A stretch of DNA of 35,261 nucleotides from Octopus bimaculoides (lineage: Eukaryota), in contig NC_068983.1 of the NCBI RefSeq assembly GCF_001194135.2, forward strand, positions 91,244,618 to 91,279,878, given 5' to 3'. The notes under the pieces are model-generated. The model made no database searches, was not told the DNA's origin, and saw only the letters and a program-made list of their open reading frames with translations. The number at the start of each line of letters is the position of its first letter. The stretch's first letter is position 1. Made by a program: the position numbers and the translations under genes. Of this stretch, positions 10,443 to 21,366 are shown piece after piece.

Positions 10443-11301
10443 GTGATGAAAACTGAATTAAAATTGAGATATAGTTTGATGTCATTCAAATACATGAATA
10501 AGCATTTAAATTGGATTGGATGGTTGATTTTCAAAATATATGGGTGTAATATTCGTTGTCAGCTGGGTGTTTAGGGGTGTTTATATATACCAGTAAGGCA
10601 TATATAAATATTATAATAAAAAAAAAACTTGTTTAGAGCTGGGGGAAAAGTCTAGCAAATAATAAATTAATTGATAACAATTGATTAATATTAAAGTGAA
10701 ATTGAGAGACAGATGTTAAAAATAAGAGATAAAAAATAAGTGATATTAAAATAAATAGAAAATTCAATATCGAATATACAGTTTAATATGCGCAATCATG
10801 GCACAATATCTACATACAAACACACAAACATCCATGCACACATATACATATGCAAATGCATATACATGCATCAGTCTTGCATATACATATGTATAAATAT
10901 GCAAGTTTAAGAAAAGGATGAAAGGAAAAGAAAAAGGAAATAAGAAAGGAAAGGGTGAAGAAGATTGAATGAAGAAACTGAGGTGAGGAGGAGATAAAGA
11001 ACTGAGGGTAGAGGCAAGTAAGAATAAGGTAAGGAAGAGGGCAACAAGTGGAGGAAGGTTTTTACAAATGCTGTTTTAATGGACCTGTATCAAATTGATC
11101 TTTGATATTGAGGGCTGTAGAGAGGGAGACAGCTATATCTATACACAGATAGAGAGAGGGGCAATAGGGAGAGAAAATGTGGTTTAATGTTTGTATCAAC
11201 AAAAATTCCTGTATATACACATGTACAGGATACATGCATATACCCATACATACCTTCATACACCCTTATCTATATATATCTATATATATATATATATATA
11301 T

Positions 11302-11311
11302 NNNNNNNNNN
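11302..11311. other. Assembly gap (N)
   Basis: N run after a (TA)n array. Confidence 1.
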
Positions 11312-11687
11312 TATAATGCGAGAGAGTTAGGGGTTGAGGGTTCAACCCACTAAGGGATAGTATCTATCCAGTATACTGCCGGGAGGGTACCCAATTATTG
11401 CTACACTAGTGTTATACCAAGTGCAATCAATGGGAGCGGGTAAAAGTGGAGGTTTTACCCCAAATTTGTATAACAATTAGAAAATGGAGGATAATATGCT
11501 GAACCCAACTACTTGCAGACAATGTTTCCCATTGAATACATTAATTTAATTCATAGCTAAAGTGACAAAAAAAGAAAGAAAAAAAAACCAAAGTACAGGT
11601 GTCCATGACAAACTATGTTATTTTGCCAACCTGGTTTACATATAGAAGTACAAAGTACATAAGGAATTAGAGAATGAACAGAAGTTT

Positions 11688-11816
11688 AATCTTACAGCTG
11701 TTTCAGCCTAGTTTTAGCATGCCCCATTCTATCCGAATATTTCTTGCCAGAGTGATTATCGGATGACATGTTGAAATGGGGTTACATGCCTGAACTGCTA
11801 GGCCTCTTCAGAGATT
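11688..11816 (-). ncRNA. Minimal type I hammerhead ribozyme, intact core, long stem II
   Basis: Minus strand: AATCT-CTGAAGA-G-GCCTAG...CTAGGC-T-GAAA-CAGCTG-TA-AGATT. Stem I is AATCT/AGATT, the stem III region is palindromic and the cleavage triplet is GUA. Confidence 0.75.
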
Positions 11817-12950
11817 CACAAAGGGTTTCATACAAATATAGAACAAGAGGTAAAAACAGAGGTGTAGTAGAGACCAGAACAAAAACAATAGCAAAAATAA
11901 GATAAAAATAAAAATAAAAAATAGAATTAAAATCAAAATAAAATAAAAATAAGGGTACAGCAGGAAAAAAAAAATAATAATAATAAAAAATACATAAATG
12001 AAAAATGAAAGTATAGCATATGGGACATGTAAAAATATATTAAAAAAATATATAAAAAAACCTTAAAAATACAAGGCACACAAAGAGCCTACAAACATTA
12101 TAAACAGGTAGCTATAGACACTCCAATGAATATATATATGTGTAGGTTTATGTGCATAACCCTACCCAGATGTTCCCTTACTCCCATGTGTACATATACA
12201 AGTATTTATAAACATACATTCCACCACATACGCAGTTTGTGGCATCAGTGCTATTTGCCGTATCTAGAAAGCTGTAAGTGTTTTTTAGAAAGGAAGTTTT
12301 GCTGAGTGTGTGTGTGTGTCATTTCTATATATTTTGGAAGGGTCTATGTGGGAGTTCATTTTACACGAGTTATTAATGTTCTAGTAGCAATAACAGTGAT
12401 GCTGACGATGATGATGACAACATCAACAACAACAACAACAATAATATGCCAAACTTTCAAACTTTGCGGTGTAGGATATCCTGTTGCTTCTTCCAACGGC
12501 TCGACCATTCTGATGCTAATGGGGGAGGGTTAATTACTACCGTTAACTTCCATCCAATTGGGCAACTATTGTTTTAAACTGTCTACGCTTAGCTACAATT
12601 GGATAGCCACTAACCGATCAAGATGCTAGTACAAGCTTGCTTGCATACATCCCCCACACACACGCGTGCTATGTATATCTCCCCACACTCATGCGTGCGT
12701 GTATGTATATACACATGCACGCGCGCAAGCACACATCTCTTAATTCAACTTTATACTCACACTGAGGGGGTAAAGTTCTCAATGTAATGGCAATAGAATT
12801 AAATTGGTAGACTTTTAAGAGGACTCTAAGCCGATAACCATAACAGTAATAATAAGGATAAATAAATAAATAAATAAAGGAAAAAATCACTATCCCTGTG
12901 TATACATATAGATATACACGCATACACACACATCCACATATACATATATA

Positions 12951-13050
12951 NNNNNNNNNNNNNNNNNNNNNNNNNNNNNNNNNNNNNNNNNNNNNNNNNN
13001 NNNNNNNNNNNNNNNNNNNNNNNNNNNNNNNNNNNNNNNNNNNNNNNNNN
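12951..13050. other. Assembly gap (N)
   Basis: 100 N between TA-rich flanks. Confidence 1.
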
Positions 13051-13177
13051 ATATATATATATTATATTATATATATATATATTATATATATTATGTAACA
13101 TCCTTACGTAACATCCTTCTCCAATTACAGTTCTCATATTCGGTTAAGATGTCCTACGTTTAAGCTGATTCCCATGC

Positions 13178-13267
13178 ATTTCCCTGAAGAGAAGATTACA
13201 TTCTTATCAACATCACCTATTCCTATGGAAGGTATAATTTGTAATCTTCAAGACATATGTTGGAAAT
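13178..13267 (+). ncRNA. Degenerate minimal type I hammerhead-ribozyme fold
   Basis: ATTTCC-CTGAAGA-GAAGATTACA...TGTAATCTTC-AAGA-CATATG-TT-GGAAAT. Stem I is 6 bp, stem II is a perfect 10 bp and stem III is palindromic. The GAAA box is mutated to AAGA. Confidence 0.65.
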
Positions 13268-13307
13268 AAAAGTATGCAGTTAACATGCGTTTTACTCCAT
13301 TTACTAA

Positions 13308-13308
<1 letters not shown>

Positions 13309-13366
<58 letters not shown>
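13309..13366. repeat. (TA)n microsatellite
   Basis: Direct reading. Confidence 0.98.
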
Positions 13367-13369
<3 letters not shown>

Positions 13370-14493
13370 GCTACCAAATAAACTATGTTTTGGGCACAAC
13401 AACTCTTTGTTACTACTAAAATAACCTCAGAAATGATTTGGGTCGCACAAATTTGAGGTCATTTTCGAGCAATATTTCAATTTGCTTTTATGTTTCACCT
13501 TTGTCTGGTGTTTCACACATGTGTAGAATTCTAATCAAACAAACATTTATGAAACTGTGTTCATAAATATCTTATTAAAATAAGCCACAACCAAAAAATA
13601 TCATTAAAAGACATCCATTTCTCTATATGTTATGAGGAAATACAGTCGCACACATACATACAAAAAAGAAGTATGTATATGTATTTATGTATGTGTATAT
13701 GAAAGATAATGTTTGTGTGTGTGAGAGAGAGAGTGAGTACCACTTATACAGGCAAAAAAATACATATGGCAACACACACCTTCACTCACTCAGTCTCTTT
13801 CACGCACACACATCCATTTCATATACATGTACATACATCTTTCACTGTCTGCTCTCACTTTAAAGCAAACCTTGCTTTTTCACTTTCTCCTCTCTTTCAA
13901 TTTTTGCTCTCTTCAAAGCATAAAGAAATAAAAAAAATTTTATGGAAATTAATGAACAATCATATGATCCCATATGCTTTGCTGCTTCAAACACAAGAAT
14001 GCCATAAAAAAACTTCCTTTGGCATGCATATACACACTCTGGGTAAAACTTCTGTATGAATTGTTATTTCATGCTGTGTGCATGTGCAAAATTACAGCTC
14101 AAATCCAATTGAAATTAACTATTTCTATTCTGTAATTTGTGTTAGTGATAAGTGTATTTAAAAACCTGGTCTTTGATATGAACTTAAAAGGAAGATTTCC
14201 TAGAAATCCTGTCCTTTACTGTTATTTCTAGCATGTCCAAGATGACATTTGTGCCCCCTTTTATTTTTTTTCTAAATTTCTTCAGATTCCTATGCATTCG
14301 ATACAGGAGATCGGGATTTCACCCAAAAGAAAGCACTTTCATGCAAACCCATGCAAATTGTACCTCCCCCACTTCACTTTTAAACAAACAATAACTTCCA
14401 TTTAAGCCAGTAACCCAGTTCACTATATATCAGCTGTGCTGCTTCTGCCCATAAGAAACAAACAAATAATACAATGTGGCTGTCGGTCATAAC

Positions 14494-14523
14494 ACTCAGG
14501 CAACGCCGGGATGCATTACTAGT
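14494..14523 (+). mobile_element. Helitron-like 3' terminus (GC hairpin remnant followed by CTAG|T)
   Basis: CTCAGGCAACGCCGGG-ATGCATTA-CTAGT resembles the CCCGGGCAACGCCGGG..CTAGT end of non-autonomous Helitrons. No 5' end was located. Confidence 0.45.
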
Positions 14524-15267
14524 GTGTTATAAAATGGTTTAATTGAAGCTATAAGATATTTTTGCTTTTGTTAAGTAGAATTACAGAGTAAATGTACAAT
14601 ACATAGACTGTGATATTTGTATGGTGTTTCTTACGTTAATGGCAGAAAACAGGTCAACTTTGAAAATATTCTTAAATGCTTTTTTACTAGAATGAATTTT
14701 TGTTCAAAGATAGTTTTCTTACAAATTATTAATGTTTATTAATTTTTAGAAATAAATTTCATGATAATAAAACTAATTTAAAACAATAGTTAAAAGTTCG
14801 TTATAATTTAATAAATGTCACAATTTTTATTTAAATTAAAGATACCGTTTTTTTTTTGTCTTTTTTTTCAAACGCGAATTTTTTCTACTATCAACTATTT
14901 ATTACAAAAGTAGAGTACATTTTTCACTAATAAAGTCCGGGGAGGGAGGCACAGAAATATTAAGAATTGCAAAGAGACGGAGTATGAGCTATAAAAAAAT
15001 GTTTTAAAGGTTGGGAACCACTAATCTAATGTATTTTTTCATTTTTTAAAATGGTATAGCGATTCGGATGCCAAAACTAGCAGATATACTACTTTAGTAG
15101 AGTCCAGATGGACTATATGTAGTCTGAACCTTTCCCCCCTTATTTATTATTTTTTTTTTTTACGGAATAGGCTATGGAGATTCCGATTCCGAAAAGATTT
15201 TTTCAAAAATCTCAATTTCAAAATTTCGATCCCCCCACCCCCGTTTTTTATATAGATCCACAGGGTA

Positions 15268-15328
15268 AACCTAACCCTAACTCAAACCCTAACCCTGACC
15301 GTAACCCTGACCCTAAACCTAACCCTAG
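15268..15328 (+). repeat. Degenerate (CCCTAA)n-like array running into a gap
   Basis: AACCTAACCCTAACTCAAACCCTAACCCTGACCGTAACCCTGACCCTAAACCTAACCCTAG. Confidence 0.8.
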
Positions 15329-15330
15329 TT

Positions 15331-15443
15331 NNNNNNNNNNNNNNNNNNNNNNNNNNNNNNNNNNNNNNNNNNNNNNNNNNNNNNNNNNNNNNNNNNNNNN
15401 NNNNNNNNNNNNNNNNNNNNNNNNNNNNNNNNNNNNNNNNNNN
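15331..15443. other. Assembly gap (N)
   Basis: N run. Confidence 1.
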
Positions 15444-16741
15444 AAATCAAATGTTCATCTATTTCTACAATAAATTTAATGTTCTGAGTTAGTTGTCGTT
15501 TCTAATCCCGCAAATCCGCAGCGATTGTGTTTGCTTTCTATTTCTCCAAATCCAATAAACTAAGCACCAATAATTTAATTTGGTTAATTCCAACGGAGAA
15601 TAGCAAAAGCAAACTAAATATGAATTATGAAAAAGAAAAATTGTTACGATCAACATGTCAACCAACTTGAAATCTCAGTTTTTCATTTCTATTATATACA
15701 TACACAGAACACTATGCATATGACACTTTGAATAGGCCTCAGTCAGCTATCTCCGGACTCATTTGTACGTACAACACATGCTAATCAAGAATCTTGATCA
15801 TATTCGACAACGAACGAAGAATTAACAAGATATGAGTATATGTACTGTGCGTTTGTGCGTGCATTTGGAGTATGCAAATAACCGAGAATAAGCATGGGTG
15901 TGGCTCATTTCTTACATCTGATTTTATAAAAACGTTTGAGGTAAAGAAACAGATATCCAAATGCACCTATTTTTCTCTTTAATTAAAAGAGGATGACAGT
16001 TTACGTTCTACAGAATAAAATGAGCTTAAAGTCAATTAGGGAGAGTAAACTGTTACGTTCGAGTTTAGCAAGCAGTAGTTTACAGGTAGCAATGTAAATA
16101 TATGAGCAACATGATTGCTGCATACCCAGTTTGCACCTTGTAGTATCGATGTAAATCATGCGAACTGATTAAAAAGGTATAATTTTCGAGATACGAAAAT
16201 AATAAGTGTTGAATGTAAGAGAATGAACTACTACTAATCTCTTAGAAAGTGAAAAGTAATATATAAGCGAAGAATAGGGGGAGGTTACCTTTAACCGACA
16301 TTCCTGAAATTATAAACAAATGCATATGACTAAATGCAAGTTATTTCTTTGTTAATACAAGTGTGTGTGTGTGTGTGTGTAATACATATTTCTATCAATA
16401 TTCATCATTAAAATGTGATTTTTTTTTCTTTTCTTATGATATGAAAACGGAAAACATCTCATTAATCTGGTTTCTAGAAAATAGAATAAGAAATTGAAGG
16501 TTCTCAGAATTTTTTTTAGATGAATGAATATTCATTTCATTATTTAAACAATGTGTGGCGTGAAAATGTACTGAATTACTCTTTTTAGGACTTATTTTAG
16601 AATAATGTTGACTGTTGAAGTGAGAAGACAGCACAGGAAATTTTAAAAAATAAATGTTTCATGCAAGTCTCTAAAGGAAACACTGATTTTTGATAAAGAG
16701 TCATTTCGTAATCGAGGTTTTCTATATCAAAATACATTCTT

Positions 16742-16832
16742 TTATTATTTTACTTGTTTCAGTCATTAGACTGCGGCCATGCTGGGGAACCGCCTTGAAT
16801 TTTTAGTCGAATGAATCGACCCCAGTACTTAT
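16742..16832 (-). mobile_element. SINE 3' fragment
   Basis: TTACTTGTTTCAGTCATTAGACTGCGGCCATGCTGGGG...GAATCGACCCCAGTACTTAT shares the GTACTGGGGTCGAT-type core with the other SINEs here. Confidence 0.75.
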
Positions 16833-19800
16833 GTATATATATCTTCATATTTTTCATTCATCTAGTGAACTACGAGAAAAATATTTGGCAAATTTCTTAA
16901 AAGAATCAAGACTAATTTACATCATACATATGTCGAAGAAAAATTATAATACTCAGTTATTATTATTGAAAATCTGCATTATATAATAATGTACAGAAAA
17001 ACCTCACATGATTTTTTTAAATATTTCTTTGCTTTAAAATACTAGTCGCCTGATGGGGAAATGAAATTAAAATAGATTGTTAATGTATAATGATAGTTAC
17101 TCTGGTAATTCAAAATGGGATAGCTGAAGATGATTTGCAGTATGCATAATTCAATGAATGACAATTGACGGTAAACAAAAATCTGTAAAAGCGAAAGTGT
17201 TGTTTCAGGGTTTTTTTCTTACGGTATTAAAAAAAAAATGTTACTGCTGATACGGGCGAGGAAAATCTTTACTAGAAGTATATACATGAAGAATTTCTAG
17301 AAAACAGAAATAAAAGTCTGTTCTATGACATTCAGGGAACGTGTGATAATTTTTTACATGTTACAAACTTAGTGGACAGTCCATCTTTGTATGCTTCTTT
17401 TTTTATATTTAAATGTAATTACTCTTATTTTCTTATAATAATTTCTTTTAATTTTAATTCATCAACCAGAAAATGATTTGTTTTGTCAAGCCTAATTTCA
17501 AACGAAAGAATGCCTATTAATATATGTTTGTGAATGCATTAATGTTGTTTAATCTTCTATCAGCTTTGGTCGAGCAAACTTACGATCAAAGTAGATTAGA
17601 TAAGAAATTCTATGATCATATTGTCGTGTTTGGCGTTTCAGGGATAATACACTGAAATCTGCACTTTCCTTTTTTTAAGAAAGTAGGGCCTGACTTGAAC
17701 GAGGTTTGGCAACTATTGCTACTAGATTGAACGAAAATGTAGAGGTTCTGCTAATGGCGCGTGTGAGTGCATTAACACGGGTGGATTAATATGACCATGA
17801 GTCGAACCTGAAAGAACGAGAAGAGATTTGTTGAAAAGACTATCAAGCTAGATACCGTAAAGAATGGCATTAAAACAATGATGGTCACTGCTGAGATCAT
17901 ATCGAGTTCACTAGAAATTGGCCACTAATCAGCTCAGTAGCAATACATAAAACGCGTGAACAAAAATTCAGTGTAGCGAAATCAATCAGTTCGTTAAACA
18001 CTGATAATTGTATGGCTTTTGGAGAAAGTAAGTATGGGACAGCTAAACGAAACGATGAAAATTACATAGCCGTATGAGTACACTGCTTAGTCCTCATTTA
18101 ACTTCGCGATATACTGAAATATTGAACATAAAGAATAATGATAAATCAATAAAATATTCCTACCTTATTTCAAGAAGTACAAGTCAATAATTATTTTCTT
18201 GTTTGTATTTTCTTTGAATAAATACTGAAGTCAGTAAATATATTCCTTTTCTTATAATGTAGGATAGCAATCCGCGAAAAAGTACAGGGGACGTAAAAGG
18301 ATGTGATCATATAGAAAGGTGGAAGAGAGTATCGAAAGTCAGGTGCTACTGACTACAGGGAACAGCGTAAACGAGTAATGTTACTTGTTCTTAATGTATG
18401 GGTAACCATAGCGTAATAAATTATATATGGATCATCAAAAGCGTTAGAAATTATGTATGGATCATCAAAAGGAACAATATTGAACGAATTTCCTATTTCA
18501 AAAGGAATCTTTTAATTTTTCATGTCATCTGCAAGAGCTACAATTTTTTTTGTTATGATATCCAATAAGGCTTCCTACCTAAATATGTAAATATAGGCAT
18601 GAAACTGGAAAGATGTACAATGAGTTTGTCATTTATTGATGTTTGCATTGATATTCTGGTAGTTCAAGGGTTCCTTTGACTTTGGTAGTCAGTAGCCAAG
18701 AGAGGGATGAAGACAGCACTGTTAACGGTGAACCATTGAGCCCTTAATGATTGTGAAACATTTTCAGAATATCATTTTTTTTAGATAACAGACGTGTAGA
18801 TTGTAAATGGGAGCAGTGAGTCATTTTAGGAGGTTGATGAAAGTTATTGTAGGCAGTGATCAGCCCAGCAGTGAGAATTTAGTCCTGAATTGGAACCTTT
18901 TGATCATTATTGCATTATACCTTACCATACTGACAGTTATCAGGAGAAAAAATACTTGGTAATCATTAAAGATCCATTGGGACATTGTTAAATTGTCTTC
19001 ATGTAGTTGGTTACCAGTAGGGTCACCTTGCTCTCAAGTCTACTGAATCGGTCTGAAATCAGAGGTATAAGAAGTAAGTGAAAAATCAACCATCAATTAA
19101 ACCAGCATCGTAAACTTAACTCAAATATTCATATGATAAAAAAGAAAATTCATCTGTAAAAAGCATATTTAAACAATCAAGCAATTGGCTATACTGTAAA
19201 TCTTAAAGCCTGGATTATTTTTAAAGCTTTTTTATAAATTAATGTTGATCATGAAATATAATTTAATTCACAGAAGCATTTATTTCTTGCTACTATGAAT
19301 AGTCAGCAAGAAGTATATTAAGGCCAAGTGCAGAATTTAATTAAAGTAATTGTATTTCTCTTAAAGAAATTAATATCTAAAAGACATCCCACATCTTGAG
19401 TAAAGTGAGCCAGAGAAATCATGTCAAAATTAACTTGAAAATCACTGGTTTCAAATTTCAAGTTGTCTACTTCAAGGAGATTTTTGTGTCCTGTTAACAT
19501 ATTTCTAAAATACTGTTTATATTTCTATCCTTCTCAATTTATTACTCACATTTCCTCTGAAGTATGAAGCAGAGTGCTCTCCATCAAATGCATAATGAAA
19601 AAGCTTCACAATTTTGCCAATTTTTTCAGTTTCTGAAAACATGGATTCAATAATAAATGTACTAATTTTAGATAATATATTACTGAAGTTTCTCAGTAGT
19701 ATTCTGATCCAATTTGATAATAAAGAACATGTCACTTTTCTATTTCAGTTTGCAAGATTCTTCATGTGAAATCATGTGTTTAATGAAATTTTGTTGTTTT

Positions 19801-19877
19801 GAAAGTCTCACTTTGCCAATTTCACAGAGGAGAAGTAGGACTGGTTCTATTTCATTTCTTTTATTATTGATAAAGCA

Positions 19878-20079
19878 ATGGGCTAGCAGATTCATTGGCA
19901 AGCTGAACAAAATGCCACGAAGCATTTTGTCCATCTTCATGTTCTGAGTTCAAAATCCACTGAGGTTGACTTTGCCTTTAATCCTGTCGGGGTCAATAAA
20001 ATAGTACCAGTCAAACACTAGGGTTGATTCAACTTACCCAACTCTCAAAACTGCTGGCCTTGTGCCAAAATTTGAAACT
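19878..20079 (+). mobile_element. tRNA-derived SINE
   Basis: B-box-like GTTCTGAGTTCAAAATCCACTGAGGTTGACTTTGCCTTT, then the GGGGTCAATAAAATAGTACCAG core. Homologous to 20938-21127 and 33186-33394. Confidence 0.8.
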
Positions 20080-20937
20080 ATTATTGATACTCAACTAGTT
20101 AACCAATTAACTAATCAATTGTTTGATTAATTATTCGATCAATTAGCTAGGTTCATCAGAGGTTCTTTCATTGCTACTTGTGATCTTATTAATGACATGC
20201 TGTTGCTATTCCAAGTCTACTTGTCCCCTAGTTTATAGATGCAATATTTGTATTTTCAAAAATGTGAGAATGAGTAAGAGAGGTGTGTGTATGCCTGCAG
20301 GTACTGGTGTGAATATGCATATTAGTGTGCATGCATGCACCTGCATCAGATACTGTGGATTCAGTGTGTGGGAAAGAATGTTTGTGTGTGCACATGCATC
20401 CACATAAGAGTTCAGTGCAAATTCTGTGAACAGTATGGTTGGTTCATTTATTTGCTTATTTATTTATTTTATGGTTAGTTTTTGTTCTTTTGTGAATGGG
20501 CTGCATGTTTGTTGGCATTGAATGCCAACAAAGATGCAGCCAATTCACAAAAAAGATGTGTACATGTATAGACATTGAAGTCCAGCTGCTTTACTGATTT
20601 GGGTAGGGGTGATGGGGGATCAAATTACAATATAATGACTCTCTTCAACTTTAATTCTAATAATTCAAGTGATAAGGAATCAAGAATTTATCTACCAGCA
20701 TACTATACATCTCACACACATATGCTAAGTATATAGACTTACATGAAACACACTGATGTGATTAACACACCAATGTATCCTTACTAATAACATACTAGTG
20801 TATGTTTAGTAACCTAAATACAAACCAATATACTGTCACTGTATGTCTCTCTTTCTCTCCTCACACCCCCTCCTTTAATCACCTACCCTACACATTGTCT
20901 CCCTATTCCTCATCTCTCTACAGTTTTATTCCTCATC

Positions 20938-21127
20938 TATCTACAAGACCAGCAATTTTGGGGTGAAAAGTAAGTTGATCACTCGAACCCCATTGTTTTA
21001 ACTGGTACTTATTTTATTGACCCCAAAAGGATGAAAGACAACGTCAAACTCAGAATGTAAAGACTAATGAAATGCTGCTAAGCATTTTCCTCTGGCATGC
21101 TAATGATTCTGCCAGCTCACCACCTTC
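20938..21127 (-). mobile_element. tRNA-derived SINE
   Basis: Reverse-complement homologue of 19878-20079 and 33186-33394. Confidence 0.8.
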
Positions 21128-21167
21128 TCAATTTTATCATATTGGTACTTAGTACCTCTCAATTTTC

Positions 21168-21210
<43 letters not shown>

Positions 21211-21366
21211 TTACAGACACATAAACCACTGATTCCTGCCAAATTTCTGATGCTAACTTCAGATCTGGTATCTGAATTTTTTGATCATATTCAGATTTTG
21301 TATAACCGAAAACCCCTATTTATCATTTTTTTTTTTCACCTGCTTCTATTACAAAAGCCATATAAG

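Noticed and set aside
12440-12620. Unique-looking segment with a 33-aa ATG ORF (MPNFQTLRCRISCC...)
   Set aside because: Too short, no recognisable homology and no convincing splice pair.
13709-14059. 116-aa ORF
   Set aside because: Composition is driven by CA/GT/CT microsatellite-like sequence; no domain.
14935-15023. GGTTGGGAACCACTA, resembling a hAT-MITE terminus
   Set aside because: No matching opposite TIR or 8-bp TSD was found.
17122-17160. CTGAAGA followed by a hairpin
   Set aside because: Lacks the GAAA box and stems I and III, so not a hammerhead.
19780-19860. Faint resemblance of EIGKVRLSK to very-large-GTPase (VLIG) motifs
   Set aside because: Downstream residues expected for that family are absent; the similarity is too short to call.
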